A stretch of DNA of 64,000 bases, taken from positions 248,001 to 312,000 of the forward strand of contig CDRNST010000263.1 in NCBI GenBank assembly GCA_977016875.1, in the 5' to 3' direction. The position numbers and the translations under genes were made by a program. Below are positions 35,901-47,265 of the stretch, in pieces. Origin of the DNA: Pavona decussata (Eukaryota). A model generated the notes under the pieces. The model was not told the origin of the DNA. It did no database searches and saw only the letters and a list, made by a program, of their open reading frames with translations. Within the stretch, counting starts at the first letter, position 1. Each line of letters opens with the position of its first letter.

Positions 35901-38868
35901 GTCATTAGCTCCTGACTAAAATCGATAAAACATGTTGGCGGTAAAATTTATAGCAGAATTTAAAGTGTAAAGTTCGAGATGATAAGCCGACTATATCAGT
36001 TGAGAAGTTCTAATTATCAGCAACTGCTTGACTTAACGCCTGTTCCGAAAGTGAAATTTTAAAATTTTAAATATTGTCCTTTTTGATATTCTTTATACGT
36101 GAACGTATACACTGAAAGAATTGCTCTTATCAGCTTAAAAAACCCCTGAAACGTTGCATTCATATATTGTATAAAATGAATTTAAAGCCATGTTCAATAG
36201 ATGGGACGCGGGACGTATTAAAGGTGTGTATTTCGCGATAAGCTAGTTGTCACGAAGGTCCGGCCAAATTTTCCGGGTATCTTTAGTGAAAACAACTCAA
36301 TTTAACTCAGTACATTGTAAAATTTAGTCTTGAAATCGTGCACGCCGAAAGAAAAAAAAATGATTAATTGGATTTTAATTCTTGTCGGTTGTTAAATATT
36401 ATAAGAACACAAGCGTACAAACCGGTGAGTTAAAATTGATACTGTGAAAATTTGTAATTACCTGGCCGAAGTGATGTCTTCAAAACTATGGTGAAGTTCC
36501 CTTCACATTTGACTCTCTAAAACGTATTTAAATTAAAACAGATTTTGAACGTACCATAAGGAAACTTGGCTTGAAGAAGGAGTTGGGTTAAGTGTTGTCT
36601 TCGCTTGAAAATTCGCTCCTCGAATGATAACGGAAGTGGGCGAAGAACTAAACTACGTCCTCTGGAATCAAAAACCCAGGGATTTTGCTTGACCATGTTG
36701 TTCCTTCTCAGCAATACCTTGGCATACATGCTGGTGTTTTGGTGAACTTTGTACTTTTGTGAGGATTGATCTCGGCTGTTTCTTCGGCTGACTGAACGAT
36801 CGGCCATAATTTCACAGTTTATATCACTGATAGCCTGGGCTAGTTGCGGAGAGACTGGTAACGAGGTTAAACGGGACATGAGAAACTGCACGCCTGCTAG
36901 CGCGGGAAGCGCAACCAACCAGGCTGATAGAGTGTGAAACAAGGTCTCCTATTGTTATTATTGCTATTATTATTCGTGACTGTCAGTCATTCTACGCCCA
37001 CGAAAAGCTCTATTATATTCCTGAGTCACCTTTATTAAATTCACAGAGAAGGAAATTGGTTTATACAACGCGTGACATTTTAATGCGGTCTACGAGAATG
37101 TTTCGTGGCAACTGACAACCTTGAATATATTCAGACGTTTTCTCTCTGATGTATTAATAGATTTGTCAGAACGCATCACCATGCATCCAGAGATATTGAA
37201 TTCAAATTTAACGTGAACAATGAATGTAATTTATACGAAATTTTCACGTTTCTTTCTTGCTGTCTTTTAGCGGAGGATAAAGCGGGCTACAGAGCATGAT
37301 TTGGGGAGGAAAGAGCTTCAACATTCAGAAGAACCTCACAAAACAAATCGAAACCGACAAATGTGAAACAGTGAATGTTTTGCTCTAGGTCAAATCGGGG
37401 TCGAAAAATAATCAAAACGTTTTTTTAAAAAAAAATCTTTAAATCTCCTAAGGCAATTCAGTGCGCCAAAGCCAAGAGTACAGAAACACTATCTTCTAGA
37501 GGATTCTCAAATCTATTCACTAAAACGATTAAGAACGTGTTAGCACTTTATCGAGTTACCGCACTCTTCGCAGAATCAAGCGAGAAGCATGTGAAGCTGC
37601 ACGTTCTCAACGGTTGCACCGTATGTTGTTTTTCAAGTGACTTGACAATTTAATGGCCGGGTACCATGTGTTTGAAATAATACACAGAAAATCTTAAACT
37701 GTTTCTAAACAAAAATAGCTTTGCACCTGTTTTGTAAATTGGAAGAAAAATACCATAGAGTTGAGACCAAAGAACTGCATGACTTATCTATCATTCCCGG
37801 GGGGAGGCTTCTCGGAATTATGGATGGAGTGTTTGCCGCTCTGTGCTCTAAACCTTGATCCTATTTTACGACCAAATGGTAATTTTTCGATACCTTTTTT
37901 ACACCTGGTCTCTAAAATGCATACCTAACTTGCAGACTTTCAGACCTAACGGCTAAAATTCAAGTCAAACCGGCTTAGATTTATACCCTTGAGGGTGGTA
38001 GCTTGGTAAGAAACTAGCTCCTCGTCTCCACCCCACCCCCCCCCCCCCTTCCTTCCTCCAGGAGTCGTGAGCTATCAATATCACTTATTACTCTGCTGTA
38101 CGCGTTTCATATCAGGGAAAAAAAGCCATACGCATCTATCCAAAGTACAAAGTACATTTCTACCTTAAATTTAAGAAACGGTGTGAATTGAAGCGAGGTT
38201 GCGGTAAGCAGACATAATGCGTATGGTAAACACAGCGATCAGAGAAAGCTACCGCAAGGTTAAGTTTGTTTACTAAGGGAACAAAACTCATTTGGAAATT
38301 TGGCAAAGGGGAAAATGTGCCCAAAAGCCCCGAGGGGAGGGCCGGAGAATCGCCTTATATAAGCTATATGGGTATGCACTGCTTCAGAAGTAAGGGTGTC
38401 GGTCTGAAGTCTGAAAGCTGGTATAGATTTTAATGGCTGGTTTCTTACAAGTATCGAAAAACTAAATAAGTAAAATTAAATATTTTAGCTTGAAACAGGA
38501 TCAGGGTTTGGTGGAGCGGGTGGCACAGCCCCAATGAAAACTCTGAGAAGGACTCTCCCCACCCCCCACCCCCCCTGCTCGCCTAGACTCTCCCTCCAAC
38601 CCAAAAGCAGGAAGTTTCAGTTGTGCAGCAATTTAGAAAACTAATGTCGACAATAACAATAATTCTTTCTGTTTAGCCAAAGGCAGTTTACATCTGCTAC
38701 CAAAATGCGTCCGGGCGTTTTTAAAAGTTTGACAATCGGTTAAAAAGGAGGCATTTACGATACGTTTTTGGATGCGGCGAGAATCTAATTGAGAATAATT
38801 GTAATGTACATATTTAATATTCAGTGATTCGACACAGGCATCGTCTCGGAACAAAGAAAAAATGATTT

Positions 38869-39272
38869 CTTCTATCAGGAGTCGAACCTAAGAACTTCCA
38901 ATATTATTAGTTCGGATGCTCTACCACTGAGCTACAGGAGACTCGTAGGAGCTAAGGCCATTAAAGTAGATTCATGTGACAAACGTCCTGCATACTGGGG
39001 GTAAGGTTTGAATGTCAATGTGTTGCGTATCGGCGCAATGGAATAAATCTGATGGTATATTTTAAGCCTGGTGAATGAATGAGAATGATGTATTTTTCAG
39101 TAAGTGACACAGGCATACTCGGAAAAAGAAAATCCGAGTGCTTCTATCAGGAGTCGAACCTAAGACCGTCCGAATACTACTTCGGATGCTCTACCACTGA
39201 GCTACAAGAGACTCGTGGGAGCTAAGGTCATTAAACTAGGTTCATGGGGACAAACATCCTGCATACTGCTAG
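38869..39272 (-). repeat. Tandem pair of tRNA-derived SINE-like units (period about 270 bp)
   Basis: Reverse complement shows A box TAGCTCAGTGGTAGAGC and B box GGTTCGACTCC twice; no complete cloverleaf seen. Confidence 0.75.
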
Positions 39273-40473
39273 GATTTGAATCTAATTGTTTTGTTGAATG
39301 CTTACCGTGCGTTTCAGTGCTACTGAGCTTTCTTCCGCCGATCAAAATGCTTTCGCAGGATTTGGAAGAACTGTAATTTATGCAACTTGCAGTGGTGGTA
39401 AACAAGACATTCGTTGACATGCGCAGTGAAGCTCACCGTCGATTTACTAGAGCGAGGTATGGCAAGCATTTTATTGACAAAAACAAGGAATAGTTTATCA
39501 CGAAGCTACAAGATATTTACTTGGTGAGGAGTTTCTGTCAGACCTCAGGAAAAGACGTTGAGACGGCTGAAGGAAGGAAACAAGCTGTTAACAATGTTGG
39601 GCTGCGGTTAATATTGTCAGCAATCAATTCAACAATTTCTGATTTTTGAAGGTCGTGCACTAGCTCACGGAAACCGGGATCAATAGCCTTTCTTTAGCCT
39701 GCTTAATATTCAAAACCAAAGAGGCGAAGAGCTTATTGAGAAAAGTGGCTGTAAACTACCACTAGAAACTCAGGGAAGCTGATATTTGAAGTCCTTGATT
39801 GGCTTTAAGATAACAAAGTTGAAGTCTTTTATGAATGTTTGCTCTAATATCAACGCAGGTGCAGAGCGCAAATAGGCACCAACAAATTGCGGATATTAAT
39901 AAAGTGCGACTCAATGTCTTAGTCCACTGGTTCTTTTGTGGCCGACGCCGCAGTATGCCCTATTACAATTCATGTGGACTAACCCTTTTGTTTTAGCGTT
40001 GTACTTTGTTCTATATTTTCATGGAAATTGCACCACCATAGACTTCGCTAATGCACGGTGTATTTATTTCTCAGGGAACGGGTGGTTCCGTGCAGGCTAG
40101 GCTGCGGTAGAACCGCAGTTATTAATTTGTAGGAGAAACTTCAAACATTTCGTACAGATGATGATTTTAGCAATTAAAAGAAAAGCCGCATAAAAAAATA
40201 TAACATCATAAGGCGAAACAAGTCCAGTTGAAATGAAAAGGAAAGGGTCCATCATAGCTGAATTTATAAAATTTGGAGGTGTCGAGCGTACCCTTGTAAG
40301 TGCTATAATCCCGATCGGGTGAGGGGGAGGGGGGGGGGGGAGCGTAACGCCTCAGAATTTTTCGTGAGGTGTGCGGTTCGGTTCTCTTAACCCTGACGCT
40401 ATTTCAGACCACAAATTGTAATTTTTCAGTACCCTCCTTCAGACCCTCTTCTAACCCATTTTCAGCCCTAGGC

Positions 40474-40752
40474 CTACAATCAACGACAAAATGTTTTGGG
40501 AAGGTTACTCAACAAGGCAACAGAAAGTGGGTATGAAATAAAGACATCGGCACATTTATTACTTTCGAATGTTAAGGCCTTTGTTTGTCGGTTCCCCTTC
40601 CCCCTGCCCCCCTGTTCAATGTTGGATTCCCCACAATTCATATACGCGTAAAGATTCACTTTTGAAGCTCAACATTAAAACAGGGGAGGGGAGGAAGGTC
40701 GAATCGAAGTAGAACTTTGGGATCTTCCCAAGATTTTTTTCGACGATTGTAG
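40474..40752. mobile_element. MITE with CTACAATC TIRs, related to the 44443 element
   Basis: CTACAATCAACGACAAAAT...GGGAAG and CTTCCCAAGATTTTTTCGACGATTGTAG. Confidence 0.6.
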
Positions 40753-41660
40753 TTGTTCAAAGCTCGATTAATTAAGCTAATCCTGGGTTAACGTGAACTT
40801 TGATTCGAGTTTAATTCCTAGTCAATGAAGGCTCTTCAAAAAGATTTTGTTCCTCAGCTTTCACTTGTACTTTTCTGTCAACCTTCCTTGTTTATTACAC
40901 TGAAGAGACTTTGGAGCCTGAGACCATTCTGAAATCCTAAACTGTGACCATTGTATTGAAATCTCTGTATGAAGGAGAACATTCTCCCGGGATGGTGGGT
41001 ATTTCGATTCATATAGTCACGGGTTACCCCTGGGAGGCTCCGGCCATGAAGGATGTCTTTTTCAAGCTTGTAGTATCCAGACGGATAACGACCCAGTAAC
41101 ACAAGTTATTACGTTTACACAGAATTATACAGGCATGATTGTTTGATTGTTTGATTGATTGATTGATTAATTGATTGATTGACAACATCAGATGACAGAG
41201 TCCGCTGTCCTAAAACGAAATTACCAATTTTGTCATAGCAAACTTCTCTTCTCTGAGTAACACACGTTATTAACTTTTGTTTGCGTTCTTATCATGATAT
41301 CCTTAGAACATTCGTAATATAGTTGTTAATTTGTGGTGGTTCGCTGTACATGGGACTCTTTTAGACATTTGACATTTTTTTAATTTATCTTACTGTTACC
41401 GTTAATACTGGAGGTATTAAAAAAACAGACTAACACGCAGCTCAAAAATACAATTCATGTAGGGGAGAGGACAGTAGAGGGGCACCTCTAGTAAAACTAA
41501 TACTGAGCCCCTTTAAAGGAAGTAAATTGATAAGAAAAGTAACTAAGTAGAGTAGAAAAAAATGAGAATGATATAGCAGAAGGAAAAAAAAACAAAGAGA
41601 AACGAAAACAATCTCCAATACCCTGTTTTTTTTTCTTTGTTTATGTGTCATAAACTGTAA

Positions 41661-41695
<35 letters not shown>

Positions 41696-43524
41696 GAAAT
41701 ATATTCCGCTATATACAAGCCTCGTCAGTCGTTCGTCACGATTAAACTTCAATATGGCGGCCACTGAAAACCATGCTCGTACAGCGAACTGTCGTTTCGG
41801 TATATTCAAGTTTTACAGTGTATTTTTAACGTGACCAAAGATTATAAAAGACGCGATGTCTTATTCTTTTTTTTATTTTTTCTGAAAACTTTCCTCCCGC
41901 TTTGACGACGTAAACTCTTAAAAAAACACGCTGGTTTTAAACAGAGATTCAAAATTTCTCTGAGCTTTGAAAAGTCCTCGGAGAGGCAATGGTAGTTGGC
42001 TCCGCGAACCCTTTCGTCATGACTGGCCTTGTTGTTTCGCGTTGTTGTTGTTGTTGTTTTCATTGAGAGTGTTTCAGTGGCTTTTTGTTTTACTAGCGAC
42101 GCACGGGACAGACGCAAGAACAAGCGCAAGCATAAGAATGCTTACTTCACCGTGAAACAAGCATAAGCACAAGCACAAGGATCAAATTCCCGTACAAAGA
42201 TTGTTAAAAACGAGTAGGAACTGGAACTAGTCAAATTGCAAGGGACTTTTTGTAATGTGGTTTTTGTGATTTGGAGAGTGGCTCTCAAGCCAGACATTTT
42301 GGAAATTCTCCGGAACATAAATTCTAAATGTAGCAGAAATTTATCGTGCCATAGTGAGTAGCGGATCGGAATTCTTTCACCAAGAATATCATCATGCAAA
42401 TTTCGAGTTCATCTGCCTGTTAAAGAATTTGTTCAATTCAACAAAGACTGCATTTCGCGCCTGTATTGGCTCCAGTTCAAAATGGCAGCCAATTTGCGTA
42501 AAAGGGCTTATGGATTTGACCGGCTACTTACCTGGTAATTCTTCGGCGTATATTGACCTTTGTTTTTTCGGTTATACGACTGTGGAGAGCTATAACGAAC
42601 AAAATTAACACAGACAAGAATGCAGGATTTCGTCCGACCCTTTTCAGCATGTAAGCTTAAGTTTCATTTCAGGAAATGTAATCTGAAAGTCAGGCTGTCA
42701 ACTCGTGATTACGTTTTTGCGGGTGTGAAGTCAGTCCACGTGGCAACGAGTAATGAGGAAATTGTTTTACCACCGCGTGTTCCATATTTTAGTTTCTGTT
42801 TACTATTGAAGGAAATGATCCAATTCCGAACGACATATTTTTGGCTTTGTTTCTCCTGTTTTCATAGATGCTGTCACCGTCAATTAGTCAATTAGTTCTA
42901 ACTGGCTGTCAAGTTCCGATCTCACTGAAGCCAAGCAGCTCTTTGGATATCCTGTGCAAATTGTCACTTGCTTATGTTGTCATGTAAGTTGGGCATGTGT
43001 TTGCGTATTATTAACTACTTTTAAATAACCGAGAGTGAGGTCGTTACAGGAAAATCTCACACTGAGGCCTTACCGTACTTATTGACCTAGCGAAAGCGAG
43101 GCCGAGGTTTGAAATTTTTCCCATAACTGACGATCGAACGGTCGAGGTTATTAAGTTTTTTATTATATGGCTTTCTTTTTAAGAAAAAAAAAAAAAAAGC
43201 ATTTCAATTCAAGCCTAACCGCATAATCCGTAATCAGCCCGTGGGCATTACGGGTGCGCAATGGCTCTGATCTCGCTCCTAGCCAATCAGAGAACGGGGT
43301 TATATCGGCCACTAACCTTAGCCATATAATAATTTGCTACAACCTCACTTTGCTGCAGCAAATTAATTTTCTTTCTTTTGTTGTTTCTTTCTTTCGTTTT
43401 TGTTGGTTTTGTTGTTCAGAGTAGCTTCATTTTCGACAAAATAGAAGCACTGTGGTTAACCCTAGCAGCGCAGCAGTATCTAGTACCAGTTAGTTGTCCT
43501 TTGTAAATCTTTAATGGTACTCCT

Positions 43525-44046
43525 ACCGTGTAGCATGGAAATTTTGCGGGTTTTAATTTTTGCGGATTTTGCGGATTGACCTCGATCTGCAAAAATTCGT
43601 TCCCGTAGAAAAAAAAGCCCGCAGAATAAAACGCCGCAAAAATTAACTTCGGCTTCAGTCAATTGGACTTGAACAAGAACATTAAGATGATTTTCCATTG
43701 GAAAAAGAAACCACGGAGCTTAGATACATTTGGTAGTCTGTATTATTAAACCGTATTGATGAAGCAGTGTTCAGTTGTGCATGGTAGGGGTAGGCTTTTT
43801 GTTTTGTTTTGTTGTTGTTCAGTAAGTAGAGTGAACTGTGACTTAACACACCGTACAAAAAAAGTTGAAAATATTAAGGTTTCTTCCACTTAAATGTTCT
43901 GCTGCTTGAACAGAGCGTCGCAAAAAATTAGTTCCAAGCAGAAATTTCAGACATCTAGAACTGCAAAACTGACTTGTTCCCGCAAACCACAAAAAATCGC
44001 CAATCTGCAAAATAAAACTCTCGCAAAAGTTTCGTGCTACACGGTA
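43525..44046. mobile_element. MITE with TACCGTGTAGCA TIRs
   Basis: TACCGTGTAGCATGGAAATTTTGCG and CGCAAAAGTTTCGTGCTACACGGTA; internal CCGCAAAA-type subrepeats. Confidence 0.75.
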
Positions 44047-44442
44047 ATTCTTTGACAGTTTTCCTGTGATTTTGCAAATTAACCCTCTCTCTACCGGAGA
44101 GGGGTGGATTCTGCCTTCGCGAAGTTTGGACGTTTGTAACAATTTTAATATGTGACTAAGCGCCACCAAACCTTGTGAATCACCCAGAAAATTATTCGGG
44201 AACAATTAGATGGAGTAAGTCAATGTTCTTTTAATTTGATGTTACTATGGCAACAAAATTTTGACATCATTTCAGATCATTGGAATATTCCTGTTTTCAA
44301 TAGGCAAATATTAACTTTCTTACGACAACTTTCTTATTTTTAGATCATTTTAGTGTTCTATGGGTCATTTTGAGCAGTTTTAAGTCCATTTTGGTCAATA
44401 TCTACAGTTTGTGAAAAAAAAAAAAAAAAACAGAGATCCAAG

Positions 44443-45775
44443 CTACAATCGTGGACAAACTGTCAAGAACTGACGTACCCTGCCAAGCGTTTTTACTAGT
44501 ATACAATCAAACAACCATATTTCCCCCGACTCAATGTTGTTTTGTGGTTCACGAACAGTTGCCCAATCAGCACTTCCCAAATCAACTTTGTATAGGGTGA
44601 GGGAGTGGGGGGGGGGGGGGGGGGGAAGGAGAAGTAAATGTTGTAGAATTCCGAGGGGAGGAATTATAGTAAATAAGTTGCGGTTACACTACAGCTCTTA
44701 CCCAAAGCTCCCCTCGGGTAAATAGCTTGGGTTGGGTTTACTCTGGGTTTTGATCGATTTCATGCTTGCGGTTACACGCTGATAAATTGCCCGAGGGGAA
44801 CAGTAAAGCTTTTTCCCGATTTAGCAGGAAACATTGATAAATGCAAACATGGATGACACGAACCGTGAAATGTTTTCGGTAATTCTGCTGCTTTTATTAC
44901 AACTTCCACTTCGAATAGATTAAGTAGTTCAGCAAATTATTTTAAGAAGAGAACGTCGACGCCAACAACAAATACTCTTTTTCCAGAGATTGTACTTTTT
45001 ACTTTTTTATTTAAGAAGACGTCAAATCGTCGTTAGCCAACGTAGACGAGCTTAGGCGTTTCCGCGACCACAAAATTGGTTTCAGCGACTTTTGAACGAA
45101 AGGAATCTGGACCACTGGTGGAAAGAGAACTTTCGCGTGTCTCGAGGCACTTTTGAATTTATCTCAACGTCAAAACACCAGGATGCGAGAGGCTTTTCCC
45201 GTCGACAAGCGAGTAGCTGTTAGTTTATGGCGTTTAGTAAAAGGTAAATGCTTGCCTACCGATCTTGTGGATTAATGATGGGACTAGCGAAACCTACAGC
45301 AATTAAATGCTGCCATGAATTTGTACAAGAAATCTGTAGCTTTCAAAACGAGTTTATAAAGCTCCCTTCTACATTTGAAACACATTTAAACGTATAAAAA
45401 TTACTTACAGAAACGCTCTGAAAACCAACCGCAGTAGCGGGTAGGATTTGGCGCACAGCACGTAAACATCACGTGATTTCTAGTGTTTCGTACATTTCAC
45501 TTTCTCGTGATTGGTTGAGCCGCTTTGGGTTCTCCATAACACATGGACCTTACCTCTGGAACTGTCATGGGAAATTATTTTGTTCTTTTTGACGTATCCA
45601 TGGAAATTTCCCCAAGGCAATTTCACTCTGGGAATGTCGGTTACACACAAAAAGTTGTTTCCCGTGGGCAAGAGCGATTTACCCAAGGGTAAAATGGCCA
45701 GTGTAACCGCACCTATAATAATTGTTTTTTGTTGGCCGCGTTCCGTTTTCTTACGAGTTTTGTCCACAATTGTAG
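44443..45775. mobile_element. MITE with CTACAAT-type TIRs, interrupted by the Harbinger element
   Basis: CTACAATCGTGGACAAA at 44443 and TTTGTCCACAATTGTAG ending at 45775. Confidence 0.7.
44676..45714 (+). mobile_element. PIF/Harbinger transposon remnant
   Basis: TIRs AGTTGCGGTTACACT and AGTGTAACCGCACCT, ATA on both flanks. Broken transposase WWKENFRVSRGTFEFI, MREAFPVDKRVAVSLWRL, GLAKPTAIKCCHEFVQEIC at about 45080-45370. Confidence 0.8.
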
Positions 45776-46251
45776 ATATAACAGATCAAACTGATTGCGA
45801 CCATTTCGAAATCGTAATGTAATGCTGTCGTCATGTGACGTCATTACTCCCCCAGCTAGAAGACCAAAGAAGCCCGGTCTAGCTAGAGTTTTCTAATCCC
45901 TGTTCTTTGCATTAATGTTGTAAATTGGTTTGTGGAAATAAAGAAACTCGAATGATTAAGTTACTTTTTTTATTGTTCTTAGCCGAGTACGGTCGGACGA
46001 GGTAAATGAAGGAAACAATGGGGATGGCAACTCGACAATATAAGCTTTCTTTCATAATGAGATTCTCACTGAGCAACTCGGAAATGGACAAGTCAGCATT
46101 TTGACTTGAAAAAATTTGCGACTTCATCCGGCCTAGACTTAAGTTTTGTACAGTCAACGAAGGCTAATTTCACCTGAAAAGATGTCATTACGTAATCATT
46201 CAAGTCTAGGTGTTAATGAAATCTGAAGGCCTCTCCGTTGTTTGTCAAAGT

Positions 46252-46292
46252 TTCCCAGAATTCCCGGAAGAGTTTAATCGGCCTTCCCAGAA
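46252..46292. promoter_or_regulatory. Triple GAS (STAT) motif upstream of BTB copy 1
   Basis: TTCCCAGAA 46252-46260, TTCCCGGAA 46261-46269, TTCCCAGAA 46284-46292. Confidence 0.7.
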
Positions 46293-46368
46293 ACGAATGC
46301 AAATCACACCCAGCCGAAGAATCCTATCTTTGATCTTCTCTTCTTGTGCGTGTTAACCAGCCTAAGGT

Positions 46369-47265
46369 ATGGCCAACGAACAAGAGCCCACCAAAAAAGC
46401 ATCAACGAGTAATTTGCTCGTCTTTTCCAAGCCATGGGATCTCAGTGATTGTGTCCTGTTAGTTGAGAGTTCCACCTTCCACGTTCATCGCAATATCCTA
46501 ATGATGTGGTCCGATGTATTCAGACGAATGTTTACTGCAGAATTCAGAGAGAAGGCCTCTAAGGAAGTCGAACTACCAGGGAAGAAAGCTAACGAAATCC
46601 AAGAAATGTTGTTGATGATTTACCCTACTTCCTCGAAGCAAATCGACCAAAGCAACTTCTTGTTCTTGCTGAGCCTTGGTAGAGAGTACATGATGGCGAA
46701 GCTCACTGAGAAGTGTGAGGACTACTTAATACGCTGCCTTGAAAATCCCGAGCCGAATATTTCCTTTAATTTTCCAACTTATTCTTGCTATTTGTGTTTA
46801 GAGTTCCTTGACATCGCACAGGAATATGGGCTGGAGAGGTTGCAAGTTGTGTGCACAGAAAAGATACAAAACATTAGCTTCTACGAGCTAAGAAATCACG
46901 AGACGTACGAGAAAATCAGCCTTCCCAACTATCGAAAAATATTCGAGGGTAAGATTAAAAAGATGGAAGAACAGTTGAATGGCAAGGTACAGGAGCTGAA
47001 TGCCAAGAAGAATGAAGTATTGAGAGGTGAACAAGCACACAAGAATAAAATACAAGACCTAGAGTCCGCAAATAAAAGACTCAAATCTTATGCTTCCAGT
47101 GCCCTCAGGAAGTTTGAGAATGTTATACAAATTCTGGAATTTATCACTCCAGGCAAGTCTCCCCCAGTTCAGCGGGTTCCCGTTTATAGCAGTTATACGG
47201 ATCCCCTACATGAGAAATTAGTCAGAATTAAAACATTCAGATGGGTAGTTAAAGAAACTCTATGA
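46369..47265 (+). CDS. Intronless BTB/POZ-domain protein with C-terminal coiled coil (copy 1; last about 25 aa lost by frameshift)
   Basis: FSKPWDLSDCVLLVESSTFHVHRNILMMWSDVFRRMFTAEFREK...LPGKK...LLMIYP...EYMMAKLTEKCEDYL is a BTB domain; charged heptad-like region follows. Confidence 0.9.
   Translation: MANEQEPTKKASTSNLLVFSKPWDLSDCVLLVESSTFHVHRNILMMWSDVFRRMFTAEFREKASKEVELPGKKANEIQEMLLMIYPTSSKQIDQSNFLFLLSLGREYMMAKLTEKCEDYLIRCLENPEPNISFNFPTYSCYLCLEFLDIAQEYGLERLQVVCTEKIQNISFYELRNHETYEKISLPNYRKIFEGKIKKMEEQLNGKVQELNAKKNEVLRGEQAHKNKIQDLESANKRLKSYASSALRKFENVIQILEFITPGKSPPVQRVPVYSSYTDPLHEKLVRIKTFRWVVKETL

Noticed and set aside
37809-37817. Isolated TTCN3GAA matches (also about 55963, 63063, and 7012 in coding sequence)
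   Set aside because: Single sites at about the chance rate and not at gene starts.
38869-39272. tRNA genes (also 6490-6550 and 20223-20275)
   Set aside because: A and B boxes are present but I could not fold a proper acceptor or anticodon stem, and they sit in repeated units; treated as tRNA-derived SINEs.
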